The notes: generated from the sequence alone by a model not told the origin. DNA of 63,954 bases, filler included, from Neoconidiobolus thromboides FSU 785 (GCA_025603075.1; 9 parts of 9 records of this genome joined end to end with filler, not necessarily neighbours in it); one strand, 5' to 3'. Counted from the first letter of the whole stretch, positions 44,141 through 57,364 are shown. Numbers and translations are program-made.

Positions 44141-45580
44141 TTAGTTTTTCAAAAGTTCATCAATGAAAGCTAAAACTTTGACTTTAGCTTCGGCAACCTC
44201 TTTAGAATCTATACCTCTTGGAACAGTAGCATCCGAACAATGGGAGGCGCCTTTAACAATAATAGAAGGCATCGATTTGTAATAAGATTTAGAAACAGAG
44301 AGAGGCATCCAAGGGTCTAATTCACCATTAACAAATAATAAGTTCTTAATATAAATATCTTTAGAACGATATTTTAAATTAGTAGCATAAGTATTTGGCC
44401 TTTTTGGACCAGCTGGACCAAAGAGATTCTTACAATATAAATCTTGATAGAAAGGTACCCTTGGTAAACGAGATCTGGTAGCAGAAGAGCCAAAATGAGG
44501 GGCTACTTGCCAATAACCAAATTCAGTGCAACATTGATATAACCATTGACGAGTAGCTGCAGTAGGATCACCCTTCTTTTCTGATTTAAAAGGAGTTAAA
44601 TCAACAAAGCTTTCACAGGTAGCGCCATTTAATACTTTTTTAAAATCTCTAGCAAAATCATCTAATTTTTCACTAGCAGTACCGTTTAATTTTAATGATT
44701 TGCAATAATCCACTACATTACCAGGTTTATTATTATTATTATATTGAACAGTACCGGATACATAAGTTAATGCATCAACAAATAATTCATCGCTGACTTT
44801 TTCACAAGTAAATTTGGATTTTAATGCATCAATATCTTTTCGATTTCTGCTAAACATAATACTATCGATTTTCTTAAAGTTCTCAATATAATAATTCAAA
44901 CAATCTTTACCACCATTAAATTCTAAAGACCTTTGAACTTGTTGATCATATTCAAAAAAATCTTCTTTAGCTTCAACTGGAGCTGAAGAAGCAACTGCAC
45001 CATGAAATACCTCAGGATGTTTGAAACGAGTCCAAGCAGCTAAATTACCTGGATAACTACCACCAGAAATAATCCATTTAGTTTTGCCAAGATCATAATG
45101 AGGTTCATCCGATTGAGGTAATTTAACAGTTTTAGCAAAGTTAGCCAAATCATCGACAGCTAACTCGGAACTAAGATATTGTAAACTCTTAGTAGATAAA
45201 TCTGGTTTTGGATACGATTTACCGTAGAATCGATGTTCCAATGCATAAACTATTCCATTATGTTTTTCAGCTGCTTTAGCTAAAATAGAAACTTCAGTCC
45301 AACGGGCATCTAATTCACCTTCACCACCAATAAATAAAAAGGCTGGACCACCAGGTTTATAAAATTGATCATTTACAAAGTATCTTTGCTGCCAATACTT
45401 TTTACTATCAGGTCCGCCTTTATGTGTTAAGGTTTGATTAAACCATAATTCAGTACTTGGATTGGCTAATCTAGAATTAAATTCATCCAACACTCGATCA
45501 TCAATTTTTAAACTAACTAAAGGTAGTTTGGAGTATACAACAGATGCTATTAAGGAGGTTAATATTAATTTGATATTCAT
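44141..45580 (-). CDS. Secreted S28 serine carboxypeptidase (PRCP/DPP7/TSSP-like), intronless
   Basis: Likely start MNIKLILTSL at 45580. WQQRYFVN, FIGGEG, LEHRFYGKS, GGSYPGNLAAWTRFKHP (Ser), NGELDPW (Asp) and GASHCSD (His). Confidence 0.92.
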   Translation of the reverse strand: MNIKLILTSLIASVVYSKLPLVSLKIDDRVLDEFNSRLANPSTELWFNQTLTHKGGPDSKKYWQQRYFVNDQFYKPGGPAFLFIGGEGELDARWTEVSILAKAAEKHNGIVYALEHRFYGKSYPKPDLSTKSLQYLSSELAVDDLANFAKTVKLPQSDEPHYDLGKTKWIISGGSYPGNLAAWTRFKHPEVFHGAVASSAPVEAKEDFFEYDQQVQRSLEFNGGKDCLNYYIENFKKIDSIMFSRNRKDIDALKSKFTCEKVSDELFVDALTYVSGTVQYNNNNKPGNVVDYCKSLKLNGTASEKLDDFARDFKKVLNGATCESFVDLTPFKSEKKGDPTAATRQWLYQCCTEFGYWQVAPHFGSSATRSRLPRVPFYQDLYCKNLFGPAGPKRPNTYATNLKYRSKDIYIKNLLFVNGELDPWMPLSVSKSYYKSMPSIIVKGASHCSDATVPRGIDSKEVAEAKVKVLAFIDELLKN

Positions 45581-47124
45581 ATTTTTTAAATTAAACAAAA
45601 TTAAAAAATTAATTTGTTTACAATATAACAAACCTCTTGTTTATATACTTTTCTTATTTATAATGCAATAGTCATCCGATAAATCATGAGTTTCTTTCTA
45701 TAAAATGTTAAGTTATTCCATTCCTTAAATTACCGCTTTTTTGATCATTCACTAAATTTATTGAGGTACAGTTATTAAAATTTAGTTGCCATTTTTTACT
45801 AAATTCAATCTCAACCTAAAGTGGGCATTTTTATTTTACATTTTACTCAGTATAAAAATATAAAAACTGTTATAACTAAATTATCAAATGGAAAAGATAA
45901 ATGCCCGATTTATGACTAAATTTAATTTGTAAAAAATTGCGCATTTGAATTCTAACAGCTATACTCAAATTTTATTCCCACCAAGCTATTGGAGAATTGA
46001 TAAAATTAATAAAATATTATACCATCCCTAAAGTCATATGCTAGAATATTAAATTCAATAGCAAAATATAAATTAGTTTAAGACTATAAAGAAATGAACT
46101 TTAAAGATATGATATAATCATGTAACATAAAAACATTATAGATAAGCCAGTAATTTAATATTATAAACGTTATAATATTGAATTTTTTCGAAGTATTTTT
46201 TTGAATAGTTCTTGGCATATTATTAAATTTCAATAAAGTGGATCTATTAGTTTACTAATATTTTTATAGCATTTAATTAACTTTTACCAAAAAATAACTT
46301 AATTTAATTAAATGGCATAAATAATCACGTTCAAGAATATGAGCCTTGAAGATAACAATTCAAACAAGTACGGTATATTATTCATCTAATGTAAATGAAA
46401 CTCAAGTATTTTCAACTTTTGATATTGTTTTAAATTAGATTCAGATCCTATTAACATTAATAATTAATTCTTTAAAATAGAATCAATAAGTTTTTAAAAG
46501 TTATTATAACAAACAAAATTTATAGCTTTTACATTTTAATTTTTTTAAACCTTGAACCTTTACAAGCAAGTGGCTTATTAATAAAACAATAAAGAGAGAA
46601 GTTAGAAAGCTGTTTGACTCTGGCTGATTTACCTTAGAATCATAGTTAAGGCAAGAAGAGGCTAAATGAGTAGCAGTAGGCTACGATACCTGTCATTCAA
46701 GAAAGAGATTAGGGGCTAACAAATCAGCATCTGAGCTCATGTGGATGTTCACAGTACGAGTAATAATAATCCAAAGGGCTAAGGATATGAAAGTGGATGA
46801 AAAAGTGGGCTCTATATCAGGGAGAAGGACTTGAAAGTAGCTAGGAAAAAACAGCGAGGAATCAATTGAGAAGCTTGTAGCGAAATAAAACATATTGGCC
46901 TAAATATTTTATGTATATGATAGTCTAATTAAAAATAATTAATTAGCATAAAAATAAAATTTAAAAATAAATGTTTTGAAAAAAAAGTGAAGATTTACAT
47001 TATGATAATTATATAATAGCATACNNNNNNNNNNNNNNNNNNNNNNNNNNNNNNNNNNNNNNNNNNNNTTAATTAATTAANNNNNNNNNNNNNNNNNNNN
47101 NNNNNNNNNNNNNNNNNNNNNNNN

Positions 47125-48115
47125 TATCTTACACCCATCTGAACTAATTTTTATCAAATCAAATTTTAATTCTCTATTTAAATCCCCATTACATAACTTA
47201 GATAATGGTACTAAAAATTAATTTTATATTATTGTTATTATATGCTATAATATAATATACTTTCAATAGGAGCCCAACATGGATTCGGTATTTTATCTTT
47301 AATCTCAGTTTTATGTACAATTACCCAGTTTAAGTCTTCTCTACTTTTTGAAATTGTTACAAAAGTTCTTGGGTAAGAAGAGCCAAAAAAAGACTTCTAT
47401 AATTTATAGTTGATATAAATTGTTATACATGATTAAAGCTATAGTTACCTTTTTAGGTATATTAGAAGCAGATATTATCAACCTAAATGAAATTGAACAT
47501 CTATAGTAAAACTATATTAACTAACAATACCTTAAATTGAGCTTTGATTCGGCCAACTCTTCGAAAAAGATTGTAATTGACCCTTTTTTTAATTGCCGAT
47601 GTTCATTACGTAAAGCTCCAGTTAATCTTTGACCTTGGCTTGAAGCTAATTGAATAGCTTTAGATGATTTTAAATTTCAATTTTTTAATAAATACCAATT
47701 TGACCTAAAGTACAATCAAAGCTACCAATATATTCTTGATCTCTCCAATCTTTTTTATCAAATTTATCTACATCAACAACAATAAATCTAAAATATAAAT
47801 TATTACTATTTCCCAAATTTTGATGGATCCTTACCTTAATTTCTGTAACGTTTCAAAGCTATAATCCAAAATGAAACTCTTTGCAAAGTTGGGGTTTAAG
47901 TTATCTTTAATTACTTCTGTACAACCTTTTATTCTACTTTCATCAAATTGCTGTGTGATTGGATCTGCCGCTAATAAAAATACTTGAGGATCACTTTTTG
48001 AAAGGTAATCTAAATCAGGTAAATCTCTTTAATCGTCTTTAATTATCTATCTTTTCATTATAATATTGTTTTACTGGCATTTAATTTTCAACTCAACTTG
48101 GGTATGTGCCATCAT
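47125..48115 (-). CDS. Copine (C2A and C2B domains), multi-exon; vWA domain presumably in gap (not in ORF track)
   Basis: Spliced reading MAHTQVELKIKC|QDLPDLDYLSKSDPQVFL...CTEVIKDNLNPNFAKSFILDYSFETLQKLR|FIVVDVD...YIGSFDCTLGQI; C2B remnants VHKTEIKD...NPCWAP and LCNGDLNRELKF. Confidence 0.85.
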
Positions 48116-51100
48116 TAAAGAAATATCTTTATTTGTTTTTTTAGTCTATTCTTATATTAATTTTAACCGGTGATTCACATATAAGAACATGCTCAAAGAA
48201 TGACGGAATAACTCAATTTATAATTTTGCGCTTTTTCTATTTAGAATATATGTATAAATTTAAAGTGATTATATAATAAGCTTATATTATAGCAAAGGAC
48301 AAAAGTGATTCTGATATATTTTTTTGAAAGTTTAATACACTGCTGACCAAAAAATCTTAACATATATGTAATAAAATTACTTCATCCTTTATTATACACT
48401 AAATAGATCCAGAAATATAAAGTAGAAACTATGCTAATTCTGCCTTCTAAAAAGTATTTATTAACTTATAGTAATAATAAGATTAAAAGTATTAAATTGA
48501 GATTTAAAGAAACTTTTATGAGCTATCTGTAATCTGATATGAAAGGATTAAGATTTGATTAAAAGTAACTTTCTAGAGCTTTAGTAAACTTGAAAATAAA
48601 ATTTAAAATTAGTTTTAATTTAAAAAATACATTTTTGTAATTTCAAAGACTAATCTATTTTCAAAGTATAATTTATAATTAATTTTTAAATTTAATTAAG
48701 TCCTTGCTTATATATATCTAATTTTAATTTAACATACTTAAAGCAAGTGGTAATGTAAAACTTTAATCAATAAGTAATTTTTTTTAACTTTACCAAACTT
48801 CAATCTTTAATTCATAGCTAAAGAAGATAATACTATTTTAGTTTTTTCAAGAGACTATAAATCATCTATATACAAAATTAAATTTATTTATAACAATTAA
48901 TACTTTAAAATATTAGTTTGTTTCTTATTAAAATGAATTTTAATATAATTTGGAAAATCAAATTAATCCTTGAGTTTTTAAAATTATAGAAACTTTTTGT
49001 TTTACCTTGTTTTTCTATAATTATAAAAAATTATAATTAAAACGTAACTATTATATACATATATATTTATTGAATAAGTTATGTATATAATAGCTATTAA
49101 ACTGATAAAATGAAATACAGTTAAATTTTTTCTATTGACCGTTCTTTCAATATCAAAATAAGATATTCCTCTAATAATGTTAAATTAAATTCAAATATAA
49201 GAGGTTTGTTCTTTATCGATAAGTTCAAATAACTATTAGTTTGACATTAATATTACTGATAATATTTTTTTAGATTACCCACCCATAATGAGTAATATAG
49301 TTTATTAAGACATGAAAAAGTTAAGGCCAATGATTGTGAAATTTTAAAATAAGAAATTGAATAGAGCAAAAGTAAGAGATAACGTGTCAAGACTGAGTCT
49401 CTGAAGGACTAATAAAATGTTTTAGGGAGTCCTGGTCTGGGATTACTAGACCTTTTTTTAAATCTTGAGTGTTTTACCTAATGGCGAATGAATAAGAGCA
49501 TTTTCAAAAAAGCTATTTCCACTTAAAATTGAGACATCTATATATAAGGATCATTTCATATTAATCTTTAAAAAATACCAAAACTTAAAGCAAACTTAAA
49601 TCAACTTTATTTCAAGTCCTTCTCATATTTTATCATACTTTCGGTCTCTTTATTGACAAATGACTAATAGTCTCCGTCCCTTCCATTGTTCCCCTTAAGC
49701 CTATATAATATTTACTAGTCTTTAAGTAGTTTGTTTTTATTACACTAGATTCTCACCAAGCAACTATAATAATCTTTCCTCTACTTTTTTTATCTTCGTT
49801 CCTCGGACCAGTTTTCACGAAACGAGTTTAAAGTTATAGAATACAACCTTTGTAGACAAAAGATGCTCTATCAAATTGGAGTGTTATCTTCAATTCAGGT
49901 TTAACATCTTCCTTTGATCACTTTTCTTCTTATCATGCTATCATATTATCTCACATATTGTTCTTAAAAATAAATCATTATGAGCTTTTGCTCTTTCAAG
50001 GTATGCATGGAAAAATACTTTTTTCTTAGCCTTTTGAATGAGATTCACAAATACCTACAGTACTAATGCTTGTTTTTTAACATTTATATTAAATATTACT
50101 ACTGAATGTAATTTAATTATATACTTTATAATTAAAGTGGTATTGAATTAGTTAAACTTGTTAGTTTAAAGCTCAATTATAGCAGAACTTGATAAGAAAG
50201 AGTTACAGTAAACATCAATGTAAGTATGAAAAAATTACAACATTATATCAATTTAAATTAGATAGATACTTCAATACATTATGATAAATAGTCAAATGTA
50301 GCAAATAGTGGTAGAATCGGCAATATTGTTATGAAAACGTTAATTGAATTTTAATTAAATCATTATTATGGAAAGTAATATTTAATTCAAAATAAGATAG
50401 AATTATATATTACGTAAATTTATGAACGTCAACTTTAATTATAAGCAAAGAAAATTGGTCATTTTAAAAAGTGTAAAAAAAACATTACGGATATTTAAAA
50501 TGATATAAAGATATGCTCTAGATTTTATACACTCAGACTGATGTAAGATATAAAAAACCCTAACGCAAATAAACCAAATTTAGCCTAACAGTAATTTGAC
50601 TTTAAGAAGCCATATTCTAATAAGTTTAGTCAAAGTGACTCAGCTATTACGTTATCTCTTTCTCTTTTATTTAATATTGAACTGTTATAAAGCAGTGTAA
50701 TTTTACTATTATCAAGTTATGTAATTTTGATATTATTTTATTAAATTTCCTAGATTTATAATTTTAAGTACAGAATTAAATTTTGTGCTTTTTTCTACAA
50801 ATTTAATTATTTTCCTAACAAAAAAACAGCTTTATCCCAATATTTGGCCAATAATAATTAAAGATAATAGTAACAACTTTTATTAACTTTGATAAAAAAT
50901 TAAAAATACAGTGTATCTTATTTATTAACAATAATTAAGTCCAATATAATAAGCTTTAAATATAATTAATTATGAGTTTTTTTTGACAAAATTAAAATGT
51001 CCATAATAGATAAAATTAAACACGGTTTAAAACAGTTTCGGCAAAATGGTATCATAATTTGCTGTGTGGGAAAATTAAAATACAGGAAGTTAGGATTACA

Positions 51101-51535
51101 ACATTCTGATCCCATAAACGCTAAACTATTAAATTCTTAAATTAATCTATTACTTATTATATTCTCGAGTTTCATTAATATTTTTTTAAAAAGTCTTTGT
51201 TTCATTTTTTAATAAAATTTTACTTTTATTTAAACTTTTATATATTTTTATTTAATTACTACGTTACTATTTAATTTTATTATAGTAAAAATGTGACAAA
51301 AAAAATTGAGAATTGAGTCTCAATTCAATATTGTTCTATTTGATTACTATTTTCATTAATTTCGTCAATAATAAAATACAAATATTAACATATTAGCCAA
51401 AATTAAAAACTTGAATAGTCACTAAGTGGAAATGTTATTTATATAATATATTTAAATACAGGTTTTATTAAAAAAAATGAAACTTTTGACCAAGTCATTA
51501 AAAGGAATTAAATAATGTAGATTCTTAAAACAAAG

Positions 51536-52459
51536 TTAAACTTCGTGGTAAACTGAATTTAGACCTTCGTTATTAGTAGAAAACTCAGGGAAGAAATCTT
51601 GGGATCTTGCTGCGCGTTGTACGTTAAATATCGTCTTTGTTTGTGATGAAAGATCAGACTCAGATCGAGAAGTCAATCTTTTATTTATATTAAGATTGTT
51701 AGGAAGGCTCCTACGGCGTGCATAAACTGTTTTTGTAGGTGGCAACCAATTAACTGGAAGAATTGCACCAGTACTTTTAACATGATCCTGTAGTCGATTA
51801 ACAACAGTATGTATAAGCATGAGCTGAACTAATGGACGTTGCTCTTTATATTGTAATTTTTGAAGACTGTGCATATATGTAGTCCTTAGAGTAGAATTTG
51901 CAAGATCAAATGGCATACCACCATCATTTAGTGATAAAGTAAGTGATATATCTGATTCATCTAATATCCCATCATCATCATCAAATAAATTTTTTGCTTT
52001 AATACGACCACCCTTTTCAGAATCCATTTTAGCTTTATGTCCAAACAATTTTCTTAAACTTCCAAGGAAAGAGGATCTCTTTTGTAATTTCTTTTCTTCA
52101 AGCTTTATGGGGGCTTCACTCGCTACTTTATTAGAATATGTTTTAAAAATAGAGAACCTTTTTTTCTTTTTATTTTGTATTTCAGTTCCATTCATTTCAA
52201 TATAACTTTTCTCAATTAGTGACTTTTCGGTAATTATGGGTAAACTGGTAGTTGATAGTGATTTTCTTACATATTTGGGTTCATCTAACCATGAGTTGTC
52301 TGTTAAAGTCAATAAACTGTCAATATCATTCCTTAATGACTTTTGTGATAGTCTTCTAAGGGTTCGTTCAATTGAATCTGGTCTTGACCTTTGGGGTGAT
52401 GCAGCAGTTTCAATATTGAAATAAGGGTCAGAATATACTTCAGTTACTAAGGCAGGCAT
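51536..52459 (-). CDS. Hypothetical Ser/basic-rich protein with a possible divergent Zds_C-like motif
   Basis: 307-aa intronless ORF. The segment LRTTYMHSLQKLQYKEQRPLVQLMLI resembles the recalled Zds1 C-terminal pattern R..Y..S..KL....RPL.Q.VL. Confidence 0.6.
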   Translation of the reverse strand: MPALVTEVYSDPYFNIETAASPQRSRPDSIERTLRRLSQKSLRNDIDSLLTLTDNSWLDEPKYVRKSLSTTSLPIITEKSLIEKSYIEMNGTEIQNKKKKRFSIFKTYSNKVASEAPIKLEEKKLQKRSSFLGSLRKLFGHKAKMDSEKGGRIKAKNLFDDDDGILDESDISLTLSLNDGGMPFDLANSTLRTTYMHSLQKLQYKEQRPLVQLMLIHTVVNRLQDHVKSTGAILPVNWLPPTKTVYARRRSLPNNLNINKRLTSRSESDLSSQTKTIFNVQRAARSQDFFPEFSTNNEGLNSVYHEV

Positions 52460-54996
52460 CTCAAACTGAAAATTGAATATTTGAAAGAGAGTTGTAAATT
52501 CAAAGTTGAATAGTTAGTGGACTATTTATAGTTGGAATCTATTTTTAACTACTATTCAAGAATAATGAAAGTTTATTATCACTTAATCAGGGTGAGATAA
52601 GCCCTATAATTTAATAATAATGATATAATAGATAAGAATTAGACAAATTAAACTTAATCAAAACCAATAATATTTGATATTAGTTATCCTATTGGCCACA
52701 ATTTAACCAATGTGAATTAAATTAGTAAATTTTTTAAATAAATGAGTAAAGAGAATTAATAGAAAAGTATATGTATTGATTGGAGGATAAAGTTGAGTTA
52801 AGGTGGCTTGAATACTTTGTTGGATGTTCGAGTTAGCAAATCATCGTCAAAGCTGTTTAACTTGCTAGTTTATAACTCTTATTACTTAACCTGGTAACAC
52901 ATTTATCCGTATATTAATTCGATAATGTACATTATTTCACTTTTTAAACTTTAAAAAATTGAATAATTATTTTAATAAAACAAAGAAAGGTTGTACTTCG
53001 ACATATTGATTTATTCTTACATAAGCTATGTTCTTAATTTAGCAAAGTTCAATTTGAACACCAAACTTTTTTATCTTCCTTTTATAATTATTCAACATAG
53101 TGAACAAATTAATAGTAAAATTTTATTATAAGTATTAATTTCAATATGTTATTAACTTAAAGAATGAATACCAAGAAAATTGTAATCAATTAAAATATCT
53201 TATAGTATTGTTTTTAAACTGATGGTAAAAGACTCTAACTATAATTACTATATTTAATAATATGGTTACACTATTTTTAAAATCAATTAATTATAAATAT
53301 GCGAAATAAATTATAAAATATAAACTATAATTTGTTACTTATTAAAAATAGATTTTTCCTTACAAAAATATAAAGGACAAAATTTTAATAAGATATTCTA
53401 CTCATAAATAATTGATCTTAAATTCATTTTCTAAATGCTTATTGTTGAAAGTTCAATTTGTATAATTATATTTAATAAGTAATTAAGTCACAGTATAAAA
53501 TAAATCTTCAATTTCTGATAGACGTGAAATAAAGTTAATAAATTAAAAACATAGTATTATAGTGAAATATATTCTTTTAACTAAGTTTTTGAAATTTCAA
53601 TTAAGCGAAAGATAACATCATTGATCAAAATATTCGCTTTTTATAATATAGCTTAATTTTAATCTATTTCTTTAAAACTAAGTTATAGTGAAAAGCTTAT
53701 AAGGCCCGAGTTTCCCTATTTTTAATAAACAAATATTTTAGCTAACTTCATATTACAAAGAATTGTGTATTTTAAAGTCAACTTTGTGTATTAATTGAAT
53801 TTAGATCTTTCTATCTTATTTGATACAACACACTGCTTTAAAAAAATTAAAGTAAAGTAACAAATACAAAAGAAGGTGTATAATTTTTATATTTATTATT
53901 ACTCTCCAGTTATTTTTTAGATAATGAACTCACTATTTACGTTAAAAGTTAACTTTCCATGAAAAGCATATTAATTATCATACTAGAGTCCAATTAGAGT
54001 ATAAGGGATAAATCATTAATAAGGCATACTGCTATCTAAGAAACTAATTTAGATAAAGGTTTGAACCTCTTCTGGTTAAACTAAATGAAGTAAAACAGGG
54101 ATCAGAAGGAAAGATAACAAAGATAATATGAACAATTAGTATTGTAATCTCAGATTATATCCATTTTTAATTTTGATATTCAATTTTTGTTTCTTTATCA
54201 TAATAAAATTTGATCTTTTTTGACAGGAAATGCCAGATAGCTGCTATGTAATTTTAAGATAAAATGAGTTTATAATTAAAAATGATGTTATCAAAACCTC
54301 ATAATAATCTTAATTTAATATAAAGATTTGCAATTTAGTTTTAATTTTTTATAAATTGAATTTCCAAATTAAATAAAAATGGCATTGAGCTAATTTGAAC
54401 TTAATTAAGAAACTAATATATTAAACGCCAGTATTAATATCCTTTGGTAAATAGTTTTACACGAAAATTTTAATAAAGGGCGGATATTAAAAGCGATTTA
54501 GATATAAGAGGCTAATTGTTTACTAACTATTTTGCGTATTAGGGTGTAATTTTAAAATACAATGCTTAATTTTTTGGTCAAGTTTAGAATGGCGTACATG
54601 TAAATCAAAGCTGTTTCCAGTAATTTTAAAGCTTAAGAAATCAGTATAGCGAGTTACTGATTATAATTACTGACAAATAGTTGGTTGGTAAATTTCAGGA
54701 TAAAATTTTTATTATAATGCTCTTATCTTTATAAAGAATATTTTACAGTTTTTACTTTTGTTACAAGCTTAGAGCACATACTTTATACAACAGGTATTTA
54801 ATATATATATTCTACATAGAAGTGTTACTATTTTCAACTGTAGATTAAGTTTCTTATATTAAGTTAATAGTAATAAATGTTAAAATAATAAGGTGATAAT
54901 TCAAAACTTGTATTTCTAAAGTAGTGGGATGAATAGTTTCAAAAATAGTATTTATCTTTATAACTTAATAATTAAATGTAGAATATGTCTATTTAC

Positions 54997-56447
54997 TTAT
55001 AACAGGCCAAGAGGTACGTCGTCATTTTCGTCGTCACCATCGTCATTAACGTTTAATGGCAAATATGGTTTGGCACGGGTAACACTTTTAGTAATAAACT
55101 TATTATAGTTGTCATCATCATCATCATCATCAGTTAAATTATTGTTACTTGAATTGTCTTCACTTTGATCTAAATAATTAAGATAACTATTACTCTGTGG
55201 TTTATATTTTTGAGTAGGAATAAGATATTCACCATCATCATTTTTGCTATACTTTATCTCCATTTCTATATAATATAAGTATAAACCTTATTTAATTCAT
55301 CTTAGCTATGAATTAATAATTACCTTCTCGTTTGTTTTTATGGTGTGAATATTCTGGTGGCGGCCATACCACCCCTTCTTCATCCTCATATAATTTTATT
55401 TCAAACGATACTCCGTCTCCTTTCATCTCTTGAGGCCATAACCACAAAAAGACTCTTTCACCTAATACACTCTTTATGTTTTTGATTACTCCTAAATCGT
55501 ATGGGAATTTGACCTAAATAAATAAATAAATAAAACTAAGTCTATAATAAAAAATCAACAAAATACTTCAGTTAATTTTCCTGATTTGACCAAACTGGCC
55601 ACCTTATCTTTTTCCATATTTTCAATAGTCGTCGTATTCTCACATACTGAATAAAATTGATATGCTGATAAAAACAATACGCAAATAAAAGTTGGCGTAC
55701 ATAACACCAAATTACTTACTAATATAAAAATATCGAAGGATGTGATTGAATTATATCGCTATAATAATTAAGTTGCTATTAAAGCTAAGCTATATATAAC
55801 TTACTTTTATATAATAGGTAGTATCAAATAATAGTATCAAATATCTTACAAATATGTAAAAACTTATACCAGTGGTTATATTGACATAAAATATGAATCT
55901 TATAAAGTGACCAAAATTGTAATAGCCAACACAGTTATTTAACCATGGGCCTAATTAACTATTAACCATTGTTGTTTTAATAAAATATACTTACAATGAT
56001 GATCCATTTTTAAAACACATCTAATAATTCGTTTAAAATATTATAATACAATCTAACTAATAATTTATACCTTTCACAAGAAGAACAATGATGCGTTCTA
56101 GGTGGTTTATATTGTTTACATGTTTTACAAAACCTTGGTTTAGAATTCGATTTTTTAACTTGTAAATAAGGTGCATTCGGGTCAGGAGCCTGAAATACAA
56201 TAAGTTAATAGCTTTATAACTATATCTTTGATATTACCCATCCCTTGGGTACTTTCCCTGGATCTGTAGTTACCGCCAAATAATAATTATGCAATAATAA
56301 TATTACTAGAACATTATATATAATTAAAAGAAGGACAAATTGAGCACTTATTTCTTCATAATATTTATAAAATATATATTGTCCAGTATATCCTATATAA
56401 ACAATCAAAAATACTACAAATCCTACTACTAGCTTTCCTAGATCCAT
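54997..56447 (-). CDS. PFA4: DHHC palmitoyltransferase, Pfa4-like, multi-exon
   Basis: TTDPGKVPKGW, PRFCKTCKQYKPPRTHHCSSC and CVLKMDHHC|PWLNNCVGYYNFGHFIRF; acidic tail. Confidence 0.85.
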
Positions 56448-56715
56448 TCTAAAAATGATTAAAGTTTATTACCGTTATTTGTTTAAGAGCTCATTAAAGC
56501 TACCAATCATATCCTATCATAGACTTTGATATATCCATATTAGATTTTATTTAGTTAACTATTTTAATTAGTATATAAAATGAATATAATATTATACATT
56601 TATTTATTATAAACAAATTTAAAAAGCTATATCAAATCTAAATGATATCTCCATTTTTAAGAATAAAAGTCATATCGTTTCAATATTTAGGAAAATTGCT
56701 ATGGCCATCCTTTAA

Positions 56716-57364
56716 TCAATTTTGATAAAGGTAGAAGAGAGCAGGGGTCAGAACCGAAATCAAACAAGGAACAAAGTCTAACTGGAAAGCAGTATAAGCC
56801 CAAAGCGTAGATAGCCCTGCTGAGGATTTCATTTCTCCTAATGTAGGCCTTCCTTTCATTAAAGTCATTAACTTAACTCCACAAGCTAAACCAGCTAATA
56901 GCAAGCCCATTTTAACATATCGATTGCCTCTATGTTTATTTGTTACATAGATAAAAAAGCATAATGCTGAAAAAATAGATTAAAAATAAACCTGGTTGCT
57001 TTTAATAAAGTTCAAATTATTAATTACCTGGAAATATTCTAATAAAACATTTGATCAGATCAAGTATCTCAAAAGGTTCGCCATATTGTTTGAAAATAAG
57101 TAACTCCATTATAGAATAAAAAGTAGTGAATGGAATTGAATAAATAATAGAGTCAAAAATAAAATCATCTGGTGGTGGTTTTGTAAAATCAACTTTTTCT
57201 TCTTTTTCCTTTACTTTGTCTAAAATGCCACTTTGTTTTATCAATCGCCATTTCTCATCCTCAGGGATATCATCAATTAGTTTTTTTGTTTGTTCTCCTT
57301 GTTTTGCTATTGTTTTGCTATATTTTGCATCAAATTCACTTGGTTTTAAACTTCTTTGACTCAT
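56716..57364 (-). CDS. Conserved fungal multi-pass membrane protein of unknown function, 1 intron
   Basis: LIDDIPEDEKWRLIKQSGIL followed by hydrophobic segments. Intron from about 57030 to 56970 joins to LCFFIYVTNKHRGNRYVKMGLLL...LSTLWAY. Confidence 0.7.

Noticed and set aside
46541-46580. ACAAGCAAGTGGCTTA resembling an RNase P/MRP CR-V element
   Set aside because: No matching upstream CR-I (GAAAGUC) or P4 pairing found.
14854-47124. TTAATTAATTAA 12-mer recurring eight times, each centred in 44 N + 12 + 44 N (14854, 24420, 34820, 37765, 39695, 40997, 43585, 47025)
   Set aside because: Artificial spacer with stops in all six frames used to pad unsized gaps; not biological. The ORF-track ends LIN* at these sites are artefacts.
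49780-50060. Coding-like minus-strand stretch (VFVNLIQKAKKKVFFHAYLERAKAH...)
   Set aside because: Interrupted by stops, and no family recognised; cannot be supported as a gene or TE.
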